Below, piece by piece: positions 53,091-64,000 of a DNA stretch of 64,000 nt. Positions within the stretch are counted from its first letter, which is position 1. The number at the start of each line of letters is the position of its first letter. Source of the stretch: Octopus sinensis (lineage: Eukaryota); assembly GCF_006345805.1 (NCBI RefSeq), contig NC_043010.1, positions 54,684,001 to 54,748,000 on the forward strand, written 5' to 3'. The position numbers and the translations under genes were made by a program. The notes beneath the pieces are model-generated. The model was not told the origin of the DNA and made no database searches. It saw only the letters and a program-made list of their open reading frames with translations.

Positions 53091-54097
53091 TATTATTATT
53101 ATTGAGTGAGAGAGCAGTGCATGCCATGAAAGTGACACTGGGGTAAAATATACGAAGCCCAGCATTGATAATGGTGCACTAGGCATATGTATCACAACCA
53201 TATGTACGCGACATGGTAATCTCATATCAAGATAAACAGCGCATGACCTTGCAGGTGGCGGCCCAGTTAGAATTTTCTTCTGGTCGAGTAGCCCATCCCG
53301 CTCAAAAAGTCCCTGAATAACGGTTGTTTAAGGATGTTGTTATTATTATTATTTTCATTATTATTATTCTCATCGTTAATGAGTGAGAGAGTAGGGCATA
53401 CCAACAAATTGACACTGGGGTACAAATATACAAAGCCCAATATATGCACCATGACTACCTGTCTGATAAGGGTACACTAGGCGCATGCTTCACAGACTTG
53501 CACGACATGGTGCTCATATATCGAAATAAACAATGCATGAGGTTGCACGTGGGGCCAGTTAGAATTCTTTGCAGATCGAGTAGCCCATCTCGATCAAAAG
53601 ATCCCCTGAATAAGGTTTGTTTAAGGATGATGAAAAAATACAACCCATGTTTCCAGATGTCAGTTATTCAAGCCCCAAAGAATTCCGTGGCGATGATGAA
53701 CCCCCCCCCCCACCCCACTACTTGTGATCGTGATCAGGTATGCACAAATCACCAGTCACTACGAAACATGCTCAGCTGGTTAAGGTCAGGCAGCTGACAA
53801 GCACATCAGTGATGTTGAGCAGAATAATTGCTGTAGCCCATCTCCTGTGTCGAAGCAAAACAATGTACATTATAACATTTCCAATCAGTCACAGTCAAAA
53901 GTCATATGTGCCACTGCCTGGTACTGCATTGGGGCAATTATTATTATACTATTATATTATCATCATCAACGTCATTATCATTATTATATTATTATTATTA
54001 TAATTATTAATCTTTTACTCTTTTACTTGTTTCAGTTTATTTGAATGCGGCTATGTTGGAGCACCGCCTCTAGTCGAGCAAATCGCCCCCAGGACTT

Positions 54098-54365
54098 AAG
54101 TTAAGCAGCTGTGGTCGATGAAAAAGATAGCAGTAGTACCAATAATTGTCGGAGCTTTGGGAACAGTGAGAAGAAACAAAACTTGAGAAGTACGTGGGAC
54201 AAATTGGTTCTGCAATAAGGGTAGAGCATTTTCAGAAAACAGCACTGCTTGGAACAGCTCGAATATTCCGGATGGTGCTCGAAAAATAAGAGGTGTTACG
54301 TTAGTTCATTGGTAGTGAACAGCTGAAACTACACAAACATCTCCAGCGTTAGAAGCTGTGCAATG
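54098..54365 (+). mobile_element. R4/Dong-type LINE 3' end
   Basis: QLWSMKKIAVVPIIVGALGTV..FQKTALLGTARIFRMVLEK*, then a 3' UTR and (AAT)n. Confidence 0.8.
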
Positions 54366-54367
54366 CC

Positions 54368-54401
<34 letters not shown>

Positions 54402-54404
54402 TTA

Positions 54405-54756
54405 ATACCGGCAGATGACAACATGTCTCTAAAAGAAATGGAGAAACTTTCAAAATACAAAGACCTGGAAATAGAAGTAACCAGAATGTGGAATCTAAAA
54501 ACAGAAACAATTCCTATCATAGTAGGTGCATTAGGCATGATAAAAAAAATTCAGACAAATACATAACAAAAACACCAGGACTTACAAACACATATAACAT
54601 ACAGAAAATTGCACTACTAGGCACTGCACACATCCTACGCAGAACACTTTCCATACAATAACCATCAGACCATCACAACAAATCACAGCACATACCGAAG
54701 GCACACAGAGCTGCGCTCGGTAGTGAAGAGAAAGCACGCTATAAAAAATAAAACTA

Positions 54757-54760
<4 letters not shown>
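54405..54760 (+). mobile_element. R4/Dong-type LINE 3' end (second family)
   Basis: IPADDNMSLKEMEKLSKYKDLEIEVTRMWNLKTETIPIIVGALGMIK..IQKIALLGTAHILRRTLSIQ*, inserted in (AAT)n. Confidence 0.85.
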
Positions 54761-54816
<56 letters not shown>

Positions 54817-55249
54817 CATAATAATAATTGTTATTATCATTATTATCATCGGTGTTTTTGATGCTTTTGGTTGTTTAGCGCAGTTGTTCTTTCTCCTTTA
54901 ATGACAGATTGTAAAATGCAATTCGATACGTAGAAAAAGGAATGTGTGAGGAAGAAGAAATGAATGAATGAATTTCGTGAAGTGCAAAGTGAAAAACTGA
55001 AAGAAGATATGAATCGATGTAAAGGAAAATGGAAAACATATTTCTTCATGGACTTCGATTTCTCTATCATCATCGTCATCCTCATCATCTTCATTATGAT
55101 TATTATTATTATTATTATTATTATTCCTCTTTTTCTTTTCTGCTTCTTCTTCTTCTTCTTCTTCTTCTTCTTCTTCTTCTTCTTCTTCTTCTTCTTCTTC
55201 TTGTTATTATTATTGTTGTTGTTGTTGTTATTATTATTATCATTATAAC

Positions 55250-55284
<35 letters not shown>

Positions 55285-55392
55285 CTCTTTTTCTTTTCTG
55301 CTTCTTCTTCTCCTTCCTCTTCTTCTTCTTCTTCTTCTTCTTCTTGTTATTATTATTGTTGTTGTTGTTGTTATTATTATTATCATTATCAC

Positions 55393-55424
<32 letters not shown>

Positions 55425-56338
55425 CTCTTTTTCTTTTCTTCTTCTTCTTCTACTTCTTCTTCTTGTTATTATTATTGTTGTTGTTGTTATTATTATTATC
55501 ATTATCACTATTATTATTATTGTTGTTGTTGTTGTTGTTAGTAGTAGTAGTAGTAAGATTATTCTTCTGTTCACGCAGATTAGTTTCAGACTCTATTAAC
55601 CATGCTATTGTTCGTCGCGTGGGAGTTAACGAATATGTGTTATGCCGTTCGAGCGATTCTTTTGTATGACATTCTCTCCTTTTTTATCATTTCATCAATT
55701 CTTAATATTTGTCCTGCGCTTCTGTTTTGTTCCTTAATAACAATGTATGTCGACCTCTATTAACCGGCAAAAGAGCCACGAAAACACGTTGTTGTTACTT
55801 CATATTTGCTATTAAATTCTTTTAATAAATATTCGTCGTCGCTCTTAATAATTTGTTGACCCATATTCAAAGGCTCCGAGCTTGTTTAACCTTCTGCAGA
55901 CACCTCACCAAGTTCTCTTGTTCTATAAGACTGTAGCACTTGAATTTCGCTTTATTTTTTTCCATGGAATTCCGAGCAGAAGCTAAAGAATGTAAACAAC
56001 AACAAAACAATGAAAATTATGAATGAAAACTTCACCTGGATGGTTTTCTTGCTTACATTTCGGATTTTTGTTTATTGATGGGTCTTCTTTGTTTTCGAAT
56101 CTTCTTTATTTAGGTGCGCGGGTCTTATTCTTTGAGAGCTTTGTAATCATTTCTGATACACATGTCACCATCATGGATGGAATAATGACAGCTGATATTA
56201 ATACCACGGTCGGTGTCTTCGTGGTTTTCGTTTTCGCTATCATTCTCTTTACCAATCACCATTTCTTTTTTTTTCATATCAGAAATAAAACCACCACGGC
56301 GGACACCCACGAGTAGCCATACTACGACGACAAAAGCA

Positions 56339-56370
<32 letters not shown>

Positions 56371-57401
56371 TGATACCACTACTACTGCAGCTAGGGCTGT
56401 TACTGCTACTACTGCTACAACGACGTCTACGACCACCATCATCGCCACGACCATCACAAAACCACCAACAACAACAACAACTACTACAACTACTACTACT
56501 ACTACTACTACTATTATATTCAGTTGCTAATTGATAGAAACGTTCTGGTATGTTGCGGCACGACTTATACAAATTTTATTTAGGGATCTATTTATTTTTT
56601 AAATCAAAGCTGTTTGTAACTATCCAAAAATGCATTGACATGCTGCGTTCCCATCTTCTGCTACAGAATACGTTTACTGCAATGTGTGGAGAAAACAGTA
56701 GCTTAATTTCTAAGATCTATTTCATTCCTATACCTTTTTTTCGATACGTAAAATTTATGGCGTATTAAATGAAGTCAGTAGAAGAATTCAGTAATATTTG
56801 AAGCCATTTCCTCTTGACAGACCAACTATTTAATTCAGCATCTAATGTGCCTCTTTGAATATTTTCTACAAACACCCATACGTTTCCTTCATTCATTTAT
56901 ATTGCTGATATGTTGATTCAGGATACACAGTTATTCCTAATATTACGCTCTCAAATTCAGTGATATTTTGCACATCTACGTAATTTTTTTTTAATCTACG
57001 CGAATCTTAATTTTTTTTTTTTACTAATTCATTGGATTTTACTTTTTCAATGGATTACGGCCACTTTAATGCCGTCATGAGAGGCCTAGCGTAGCAACTA
57101 GACTGCACCTTTTTCTTTTTAACTTAAGTCTGTTTCATCATATTCTATCGGATCTGTTTTGTAGAAAAGCTGTGTAACGGATAAAAAGGAAACCAACACA
57201 TGTAATGTAGCGATGGTGTGGGACGAACACAGACATAAATACACACATAACATGGTCGTACCATATCAATATATATATATATATATACATAGAGTAAATA
57301 TAGGATAAATTCTTTATAAGAATTTATCAAGTAGTTAGCGTGAAAAACCTCGTAAGAGAGAATTCCATCCAATTTTCTCTTAAATATATTTATATTATAT
57401 A

Positions 57402-57514
57402 GAGGGCATTACTATACATAAATGCTACACGCCAGGGGTGTGTTTATTTATTTTGGTAGTTTTGACTTTAAGAGTCCCTCCTAGCGTGTGGCATTTATGT
57501 ATAGAAATGCCCTC
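57402..57514. mobile_element. Small MITE-like hairpin
   Basis: GAGGGCATTACTATACATAAATGCTACACGCCAGG is mirrored by CCTAGCGTGTGGCATTTATGTATAGAAATGCCCTC. Confidence 0.55.
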
Positions 57515-58817
57515 AATATAATATATATAATATAATATAATATAATATAATATAATATAATATATATATATATATATAAATTTATGTGCATGTATTTATG
57601 TTTGTGATTTCTTACACCATTATAATTAACTTACTTTCTCATCAAAAACTGCTAGTGCATATACACACACACACGTAGACATACACATACACACACAAAC
57701 TCACCCACACATACATATATGTATTGTTAAGCGCTAGTAGTTTTAGTGGGAGGGCAATCTGATTACCTCGACCCTTATTAGCAGATAAAGATTGAATGAA
57801 AAAGTTTTAAAATTATATTTGAAACAAATTAGATCGGAAAGCGTTTCTTAGATATATCCCATCATATCATATTGTCTGTTGCTATCATTGTGCCAGACGT
57901 TCCATTCCAAGCGGATACCATTTGGATAGTTTAGAGGCAGAACATTTCCCGCATTTGTTGGCAACATCAGCCATATTACTGGTCCCCACACATGCAAGAA
58001 ATGAACTATAGAAAGCACTGGACAGTAGGCAGGGTGAGGTAGCACTTCAGTTGCTCAAATTCCTCACGTTTGCTCTTGGTCACATTGGGTGCTGGATCAG
58101 TGTAATATTGTAGGAAGGCGCGTCTTTGATTGACCTAAATCAAGATTGCAGATTCTAAGAGTATCATTTAATCCCTGCAATTGTTGAACACAATATTAGC
58201 GTTAGCCATCTGGAACTATCATATTCCGAGTAGAATATAATTCATTTTCAAATAAATCAGTAAGAAAGAAAAAAAAAGATACAATGATTTTGTTCGGGTA
58301 TTTAGTTCTTATATTGGCCGCATTTGTGATATAGGGATATGGTGGGCAATTTTGAGCAGTGATTGGAATAAGTAAACAATTCTGTATTGAAAATGAACTT
58401 TTCTTGATAAGATACCTTTCACCTAAGTCCCCTGGCATAGCATGATAGAAAAATAAATACGCTACCAAACGTACTTTTGAAGCACTATCATGAATATTTT
58501 TCACATTTCAGTAAACAAATGGTATTGCATATTTCTGGAGTGTGATTTCATATCGTCTTTAAACTGAAGTTTTATTTCTTGTCTGTATTTTACGCCCCCA
58601 TCTCGATTGTGCCAAATAGAAAACTTGTTTTCATAATATAATTTATGAAACACACAGTTCAGAGAGCATTAACGAAGAGCAAGAAGAATATATATATATA
58701 TAAATATATATACACTGCAATTGAATCAATACATGTTCAGAAATATATTTTTATCTCTTTCTCACCTCCGATACGCATTTTCTCCTCTCTTCATATATAT
58801 ATATGCACAAAGTGTCA

Positions 58818-58858
<41 letters not shown>

Positions 58859-60634
58859 AATTTAAAGACATGAGATGATATCTGTTACCAGAAATCATAA
58901 AATTTCATTGCTCTCTTGAGATGTAACGATAACTTTTGACACCGGATCTAAAAGGTGAGATAAAAAGTGATAGGTTTGTATGTATGTCTTTATCTCTATG
59001 AGACACATGGTCACATGGAGAAAAGAATTCTTTTCTTTCTCGAGGTCGATTTCGGATGTTCACACGTTGGTGTGTCTATGCACTTTATGAGATTTATTTT
59101 CAAATTCATTTTTTTAAAAAACTTTCCAGACTTACGATTTTCTGTTTATCTCTTCATGGACAGTGTCTATTTTAGAAATATCGGAAAGAAAATACTTTGT
59201 TTTTTAACCTCCATTGTCTTGACTTTCAAAACGTTGTAAATCATCATTCAATACATTTGGCATATCAAAAGAAATTGATTATTTTAATATTATATACCAC
59301 AGTTATAAGGTGGGATAATATTTCACAAATAAAATATTTAGCATATCAACAAAATAATGACGCTCATCATACAAATATGAAATGCCTGAATAAGAGGAGA
59401 AAATATTGAAAAACGTAACCTCTGATATTTAGAAAAAGAAAACCATCATATGTTGGATTATGGTTGATCTGTGTTTATCCTGTAAGGATAAACAACTGCT
59501 GTTACAACTGTAGAATTTACAAACCAAATAGTTCGTTAGATCGGCGCTTCGTGGTATATACCCGAGAGCGCAATACTTCCGACTGCTTAATTTCTGCGTA
59601 TCTCTTAAGAAAAGCGTCCAGCTGTTACTGGTACACATCCTTAGTTCTGAGGGATAGAAGAACGTGACCTGAAATGTTATGATTAAAAAAACACCTATCA
59701 TCGATCGAGCAGGGATCGAAACTACGAGCTTACGATCGAAAGCACAAAAGCTTAATCACAACATCAAAAGCATTCACAAACGACAACAGAAGCATAACTC
59801 GAATTTTGTGCAGTTCGCATATTCGGTAACTATTAATTATAAATTTGAATTTATAATATATCCTTATAAAATCAAACAAAACGTAAATTCCTATACAAAC
59901 TTCTAAATTTGTGTTTTTCCATATCAGTAAATAGAACGTAATTTCTCCTGTAGTGCCTAGCTGAGGTTTATTCGTATAGGTGTTTGAAGGAATGAAGGAA
60001 GCATACCCCACTGTTAAGAAGTGTTTATACATGCAAGCTTTTCTCTATGCAAATCCTTCGTTTGTTATGCGTATTATGAGCCACAGATGTAAGTAGATGA
60101 GAATATTACTGAAAGCAGATTGAAAGGAACATTTATGATGTATTTTGTTACTTAAAACCTAACTAGCAATATGAAAATCAAAGAAGCCGAAGCAATATAA
60201 CTAAAGCGTACACTTCAGAAGATCGTAAAATATAATATCAAAGACTCGATCTTTTCACTGCTACTATAGTGAAGAATCGAATTCCGCCTTAAGTACAGAT
60301 ACAGGAAGCTATCAGAAAAATTTCACATCATCACTCTATCTGCTAACATAGTTGCCGTATCTATTTCGGTTCATGTCTTCGAAAAATGCCACAGGCGAAA
60401 ATAGTCTTAAAAAAACTATATATATATCACTAGTTCGAATACTCCTCATCAAAGATTTCTTCGACATCGTAAACTCTTGTAGGGCTTTCAATAATTACGT
60501 ATTTATATCTCGTTAGAAAATAGAGGGGTTGTCTAAATGCAGTTTGTCAAGTATGAAAGTGGAAGAAATATAAGAAATACATTTTGGAAGAAATAGCGAA
60601 TAGGATATAACGATGAAAGAGAAAATAATGAATG

Positions 60635-60697
<63 letters not shown>

Positions 60698-61177
60698 TAT
60701 ATGTTTGTGTGTCTTTATGTTTGTTTGTGTGTGCGTATGTGTGCCTGAACGGTGTGACTGTGTGTCTGTGTATCTGTATGAATGTGCATATACATATATA
60801 TGTATGTATATATAGAGATAGATAGATAGATAGATAGGTAGGTAGATTCAAATGAATATGGTATTTACGTTGAGGCACCAGAATTTAGTATGGTATTATC
60901 CATACAATTTAAAATAAAGTGATTAAAATCAAAATAAGCAACAAGGATATTCAGAGGTAATGCAGTAGATAATCCAGAGGTAAGAGAGTTGCATGAAACG
61001 ATCATACTGCATTACCTCTGGATATCCTTCTTGCTTATTTTGATTTTATATATATATATATACTAATATATATATTGGTAAAACGGTAAGATAACAAAAG
61101 AAAGAAAGAGACCTCAATATTAGGTAAATAGAGGAAATTTATCTTTAAAATAATAAGTGACAATTATTCAATAGCCA

Positions 61178-61240
61178 AGATAAAACTCTGAGTTTCAGAT
61201 GCCGAGGGGGAAATCCAAAACACTATCTTTTCGGTTATCT
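61178..61240 (-). ncRNA. Degenerate hammerhead-like motif (CTCNGAG family), second copy
   Basis: Minus strand: AGATAA-ccgaaaa-GAT..ATC-t-GAAA-ctcagag-TT-TTATCT. Perfect 6-bp helix I, mutated core; homologous to 22700-22820. Confidence 0.45.
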
Positions 61241-61272
61241 GGCCATCTGAAAAACGCTATGAAAAAAGACCG

Positions 61273-61307
<35 letters not shown>

Positions 61308-61749
61308 TATATATGTATATATAGGCAAATCGAATGTGAAGATAAATATAACAAAAATAAGGGGCCAAGTGGACATACACAGTGAATGTATTACGTCGGC
61401 TCTGTGTGTGTTTCTGGGTATGTGTGTGTGTGTATGCGCGTGTGTGCCCTCGTGGGTGCACGCGTGTGTGACATTTCGTTCATGGTATTTTGTCAGAAGG
61501 CGGAAAGAAGAAAGATCCGGAAAGGAAAAGAAGAGTCTGTGTATGCGTGTGCGCTTATGTGTACGGGAGTTTGCGTATGTGGTTCTCTTAATGTGTATAT
61601 GAGTGTATGTGAATATGCATACATCTCTGAATATATTTATAAATATGTACATATATATATATATATACACACATATATATGTATTTACATACATATATAT
61701 ATACATATACAATATATATATTATATATATATATATATGTACATATCTA

Positions 61750-61841
<92 letters not shown>

Positions 61842-61879
61842 CATATATCTATCTATCTATATACACACACACACACATA

Positions 61880-62790
61880 GAGTGTGCGATCGATAAATTG
61901 TCGCCATATTATTTTTTTTCTGGTGTATGCGCTTTTTTGTGATTATATCGACTACCCATTATAGTAGCGACAATTGGGCACCGTCTGTGAGGAAAACAGC
62001 ACCATGATGCAATTCAGTTTGGCAAAAATTTGAAAAGGACATGCTGTACTGCTTGGCATTCGCGCCGGAAGCCCTAATACGAACATTTCAGCATGTTTGT
62101 TGTGATCACTAGTGATGGCGACGTTATGTCTCCATTCATCCTCCCACACAGTCCCACACTCCACACGGGGATATACATCAAGTTCCTGGAGGAGGTAGTG
62201 CTGACCTAGGTCAAGAGGGTGTCTGCTGGAAGACCCTAAATCTTGCAATAGACATCTGCACCATGACACACAAGTAAGTGAAGTAAGTAATGGCTGTGTT
62301 GTGTGGACGCCTCCAAATGATGAAGTAGGCTAGCCCAATACGTAGATATAAAGGGAGAAGTCTAGCCGTCGGGAGTTGAGTAGAGGTCATCGGAATGTGC
62401 GATATAACAGGCTGTCAGACAAATTCTGCGACCACATCACTCCTAGCATTTGGCCACCTATCTCCCCATCCTGCAACCTCATTGATTATTATGTGTGGAG
62501 CGCATTTGACCGAGGGACCAAGAAAAATTGTTGTATCACGAAAGATGAGCTGAAGATAAGGATTATGGCAGCATTCAGCAACTTAATCAAGGAGACCGTC
62601 CAGAAGATTTGCAGGAGATTCCGAAGTTGTCGGGAGGCTCCGGTTGAAAGCAATGGCGATTATATAGAATAAATATACACTTTAGTATTTCAAGATATTT
62701 TTGTGTAATGTTGGTCATATATCCGTTAAAATGAGATGTCAGTGTTATTTTCTTTTTTGCGTCGAGATTTTATTCACTGCGGCCTCTGGC
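61880..62790 (+). mobile_element. Decayed Tc1/mariner-superfamily transposase remnant
   Basis: Reads ..VITSDGDVM.PFI..YIKFLEEVVL..VKRVSAGRP..DHITPSIWPPISPSCNLIDYYVWSAF..ELKIRIMAAFSNLIKETVQKICRRFRS; interrupted by a solo LTR. Confidence 0.85.
62297..62409. mobile_element. Short solo LTR-like insertion (113 bp)
   Basis: TGTT...AACA termini with a perfect 5-bp TSD GGCTG (62292-62296 / 62410-62414), splitting the mariner sequence. Confidence 0.7.
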
Positions 62791-62825
62791 CAGACTCACT
62801 CTATCTCTCTCATTCTCTCTCTTTC

Positions 62826-62857
<32 letters not shown>

Positions 62858-62893
62858 CCTCTCTCTATCTCTCTCTCACACGCGCACACACAC

Positions 62894-63431
62894 TAGGGTG
62901 AGTCAAAAAGTAATACCATTTTGTTTCGGTCAGGTATAATTACCAACACAGAAACATGTATCGTACATGAAAATGAAGCTGGTTCTCTGTTGATCACATC
63001 CCTACTTCTCAACATAGTCAACTTTTCTCTCAATAGCAATGTTCAACCTTCGAATGAGAGCATGTATCCCTGCGTCGTAAAATCCTGTTGACTGTTCTTT
63101 GAGCCACTTCTTCATTACAGTTTTCACTTACTCGTCAGACTTCGGCCTCATGAAAGATGCTTTGAGAGGCAAACATTATTCCAGTGACGACGATGTGAAT
63201 ATCTAATGAAGAAGTGACTCAAAGAACAGTTAACAGAATTTTTACGGGGTAGGGATACATGCTGTCATTCGAAGGTGGAACATTGCTATTGAGAGAAGCG
63301 GTGACTATGTTGAGTAGTAGGGATGTGACCCACAGAGGGTCAGCTTCGTTGTGATGTATGATAAATGTTCCTTGGCTGGTAGTTATACCTGTGCTAAACA
63401 AAATGGCAATACTTTCGGACTCATCCTCGTA
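62894..63431. mobile_element. Mariner-derived fold-back MITE made of two transposon 3' ends
   Basis: The left ~235 bp is the reverse complement of the right half, which reads MKDALRGKHYSSDDDV..GIHAVIRRWNIAIERSGDYVE. Confidence 0.75.
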
Positions 63432-63687
63432 TTTACTTAAACTCACATTCAAGATGCAATAAATCAAAGTGGGGTTCGGTCATTGTCCCTTTCATTGTAC
63501 ACACACTGCATTATACATACACTAAAATGCCGAACATGAGGTCTAAGAACACGCAGGCTATATCACATGTATCATGAAGGGTTTTAGAGAACATTATGTA
63601 GGCACATATTCCTTGAAACATATTTACGTATATAAGACACATGCATATGTGGATTATTTCCAATATGTGTATATATTAACATATATA

Positions 63688-63728
<41 letters not shown>

Positions 63729-64000
63729 ATTTTCGCATGTGTGTCTGACTATCTGTCTCTGTATCTGTATGCATGTGTGAACAAGTGAGAGAAGAGTGGT
63801 TTATAAAGAAACAGAAACGCAGATACCAACAAACAAACTGATAATATACATGTACTTGTTCGAAGGAATATATATTTTTTTTGTGCCATCGTCCATGTAA
63901 TTATATGCATAAACAATTTTAGGCAATTACACAGTGAATAAAATCCGTTATTATTGTAGCATTGTTCAACCAATTTGTAGGTATGAATTAGTGTAAACAT

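Noticed and set aside
56282-56530. Thr-rich mucin-like terminal exon after a strong-looking acceptor
   Set aside because: The sequence is a decayed (ACT)n microsatellite of a kind common throughout the window; no independent support.
63110-63145. CTGACGA-gtaagt-GAAA on the minus strand
   Set aside because: Explained by mariner-derived sequence; no helices.
149-64000. Most ORFs in the supplied track (YI/HT/CV/poly-L, -I, -T, -M peptides)
   Set aside because: They are translations of di- and trinucleotide microsatellites or SINE antisense frames.

Overview
AT-rich, microsatellite-dense eukaryotic DNA. The SINE, LINE, Helitron and mariner repeats look like those of an Octopus genome (inferred from repeat recognition, not a search). 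It is intronic or intergenic: I could not identify a protein-coding gene, only a few weak exon candidates. Contents include tRNA-Arg-type SINEs with swappable tails, CORE-type and Meta-type SINEs (often tandem), decayed R4/Dong-type LINE pieces in (TAA)n, Helitron and mariner derivatives, fold-back MITEs, a 113-bp solo LTR, and a 100-N gap with about 0.9 kb duplicated across it. The main signal is a dense set of type I hammerhead ribozymes (HHRs) with short palindromic helix III. There are 14 motifs in about 8 sequence families, carried by Penelope-like or retrozyme-like repeats next to (TA)n tracts. Two are tandem-plus-inverted arrays. The ~550-nt-unit array (28593-30704) has four intact HHRs, two per strand, and could release ~550-nt monomers able to circularise. 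The 353-nt-unit array (24168-25045) has one GUC and one mutated GAC ribozyme. All folds were derived by eye; activity and novelty are untested.
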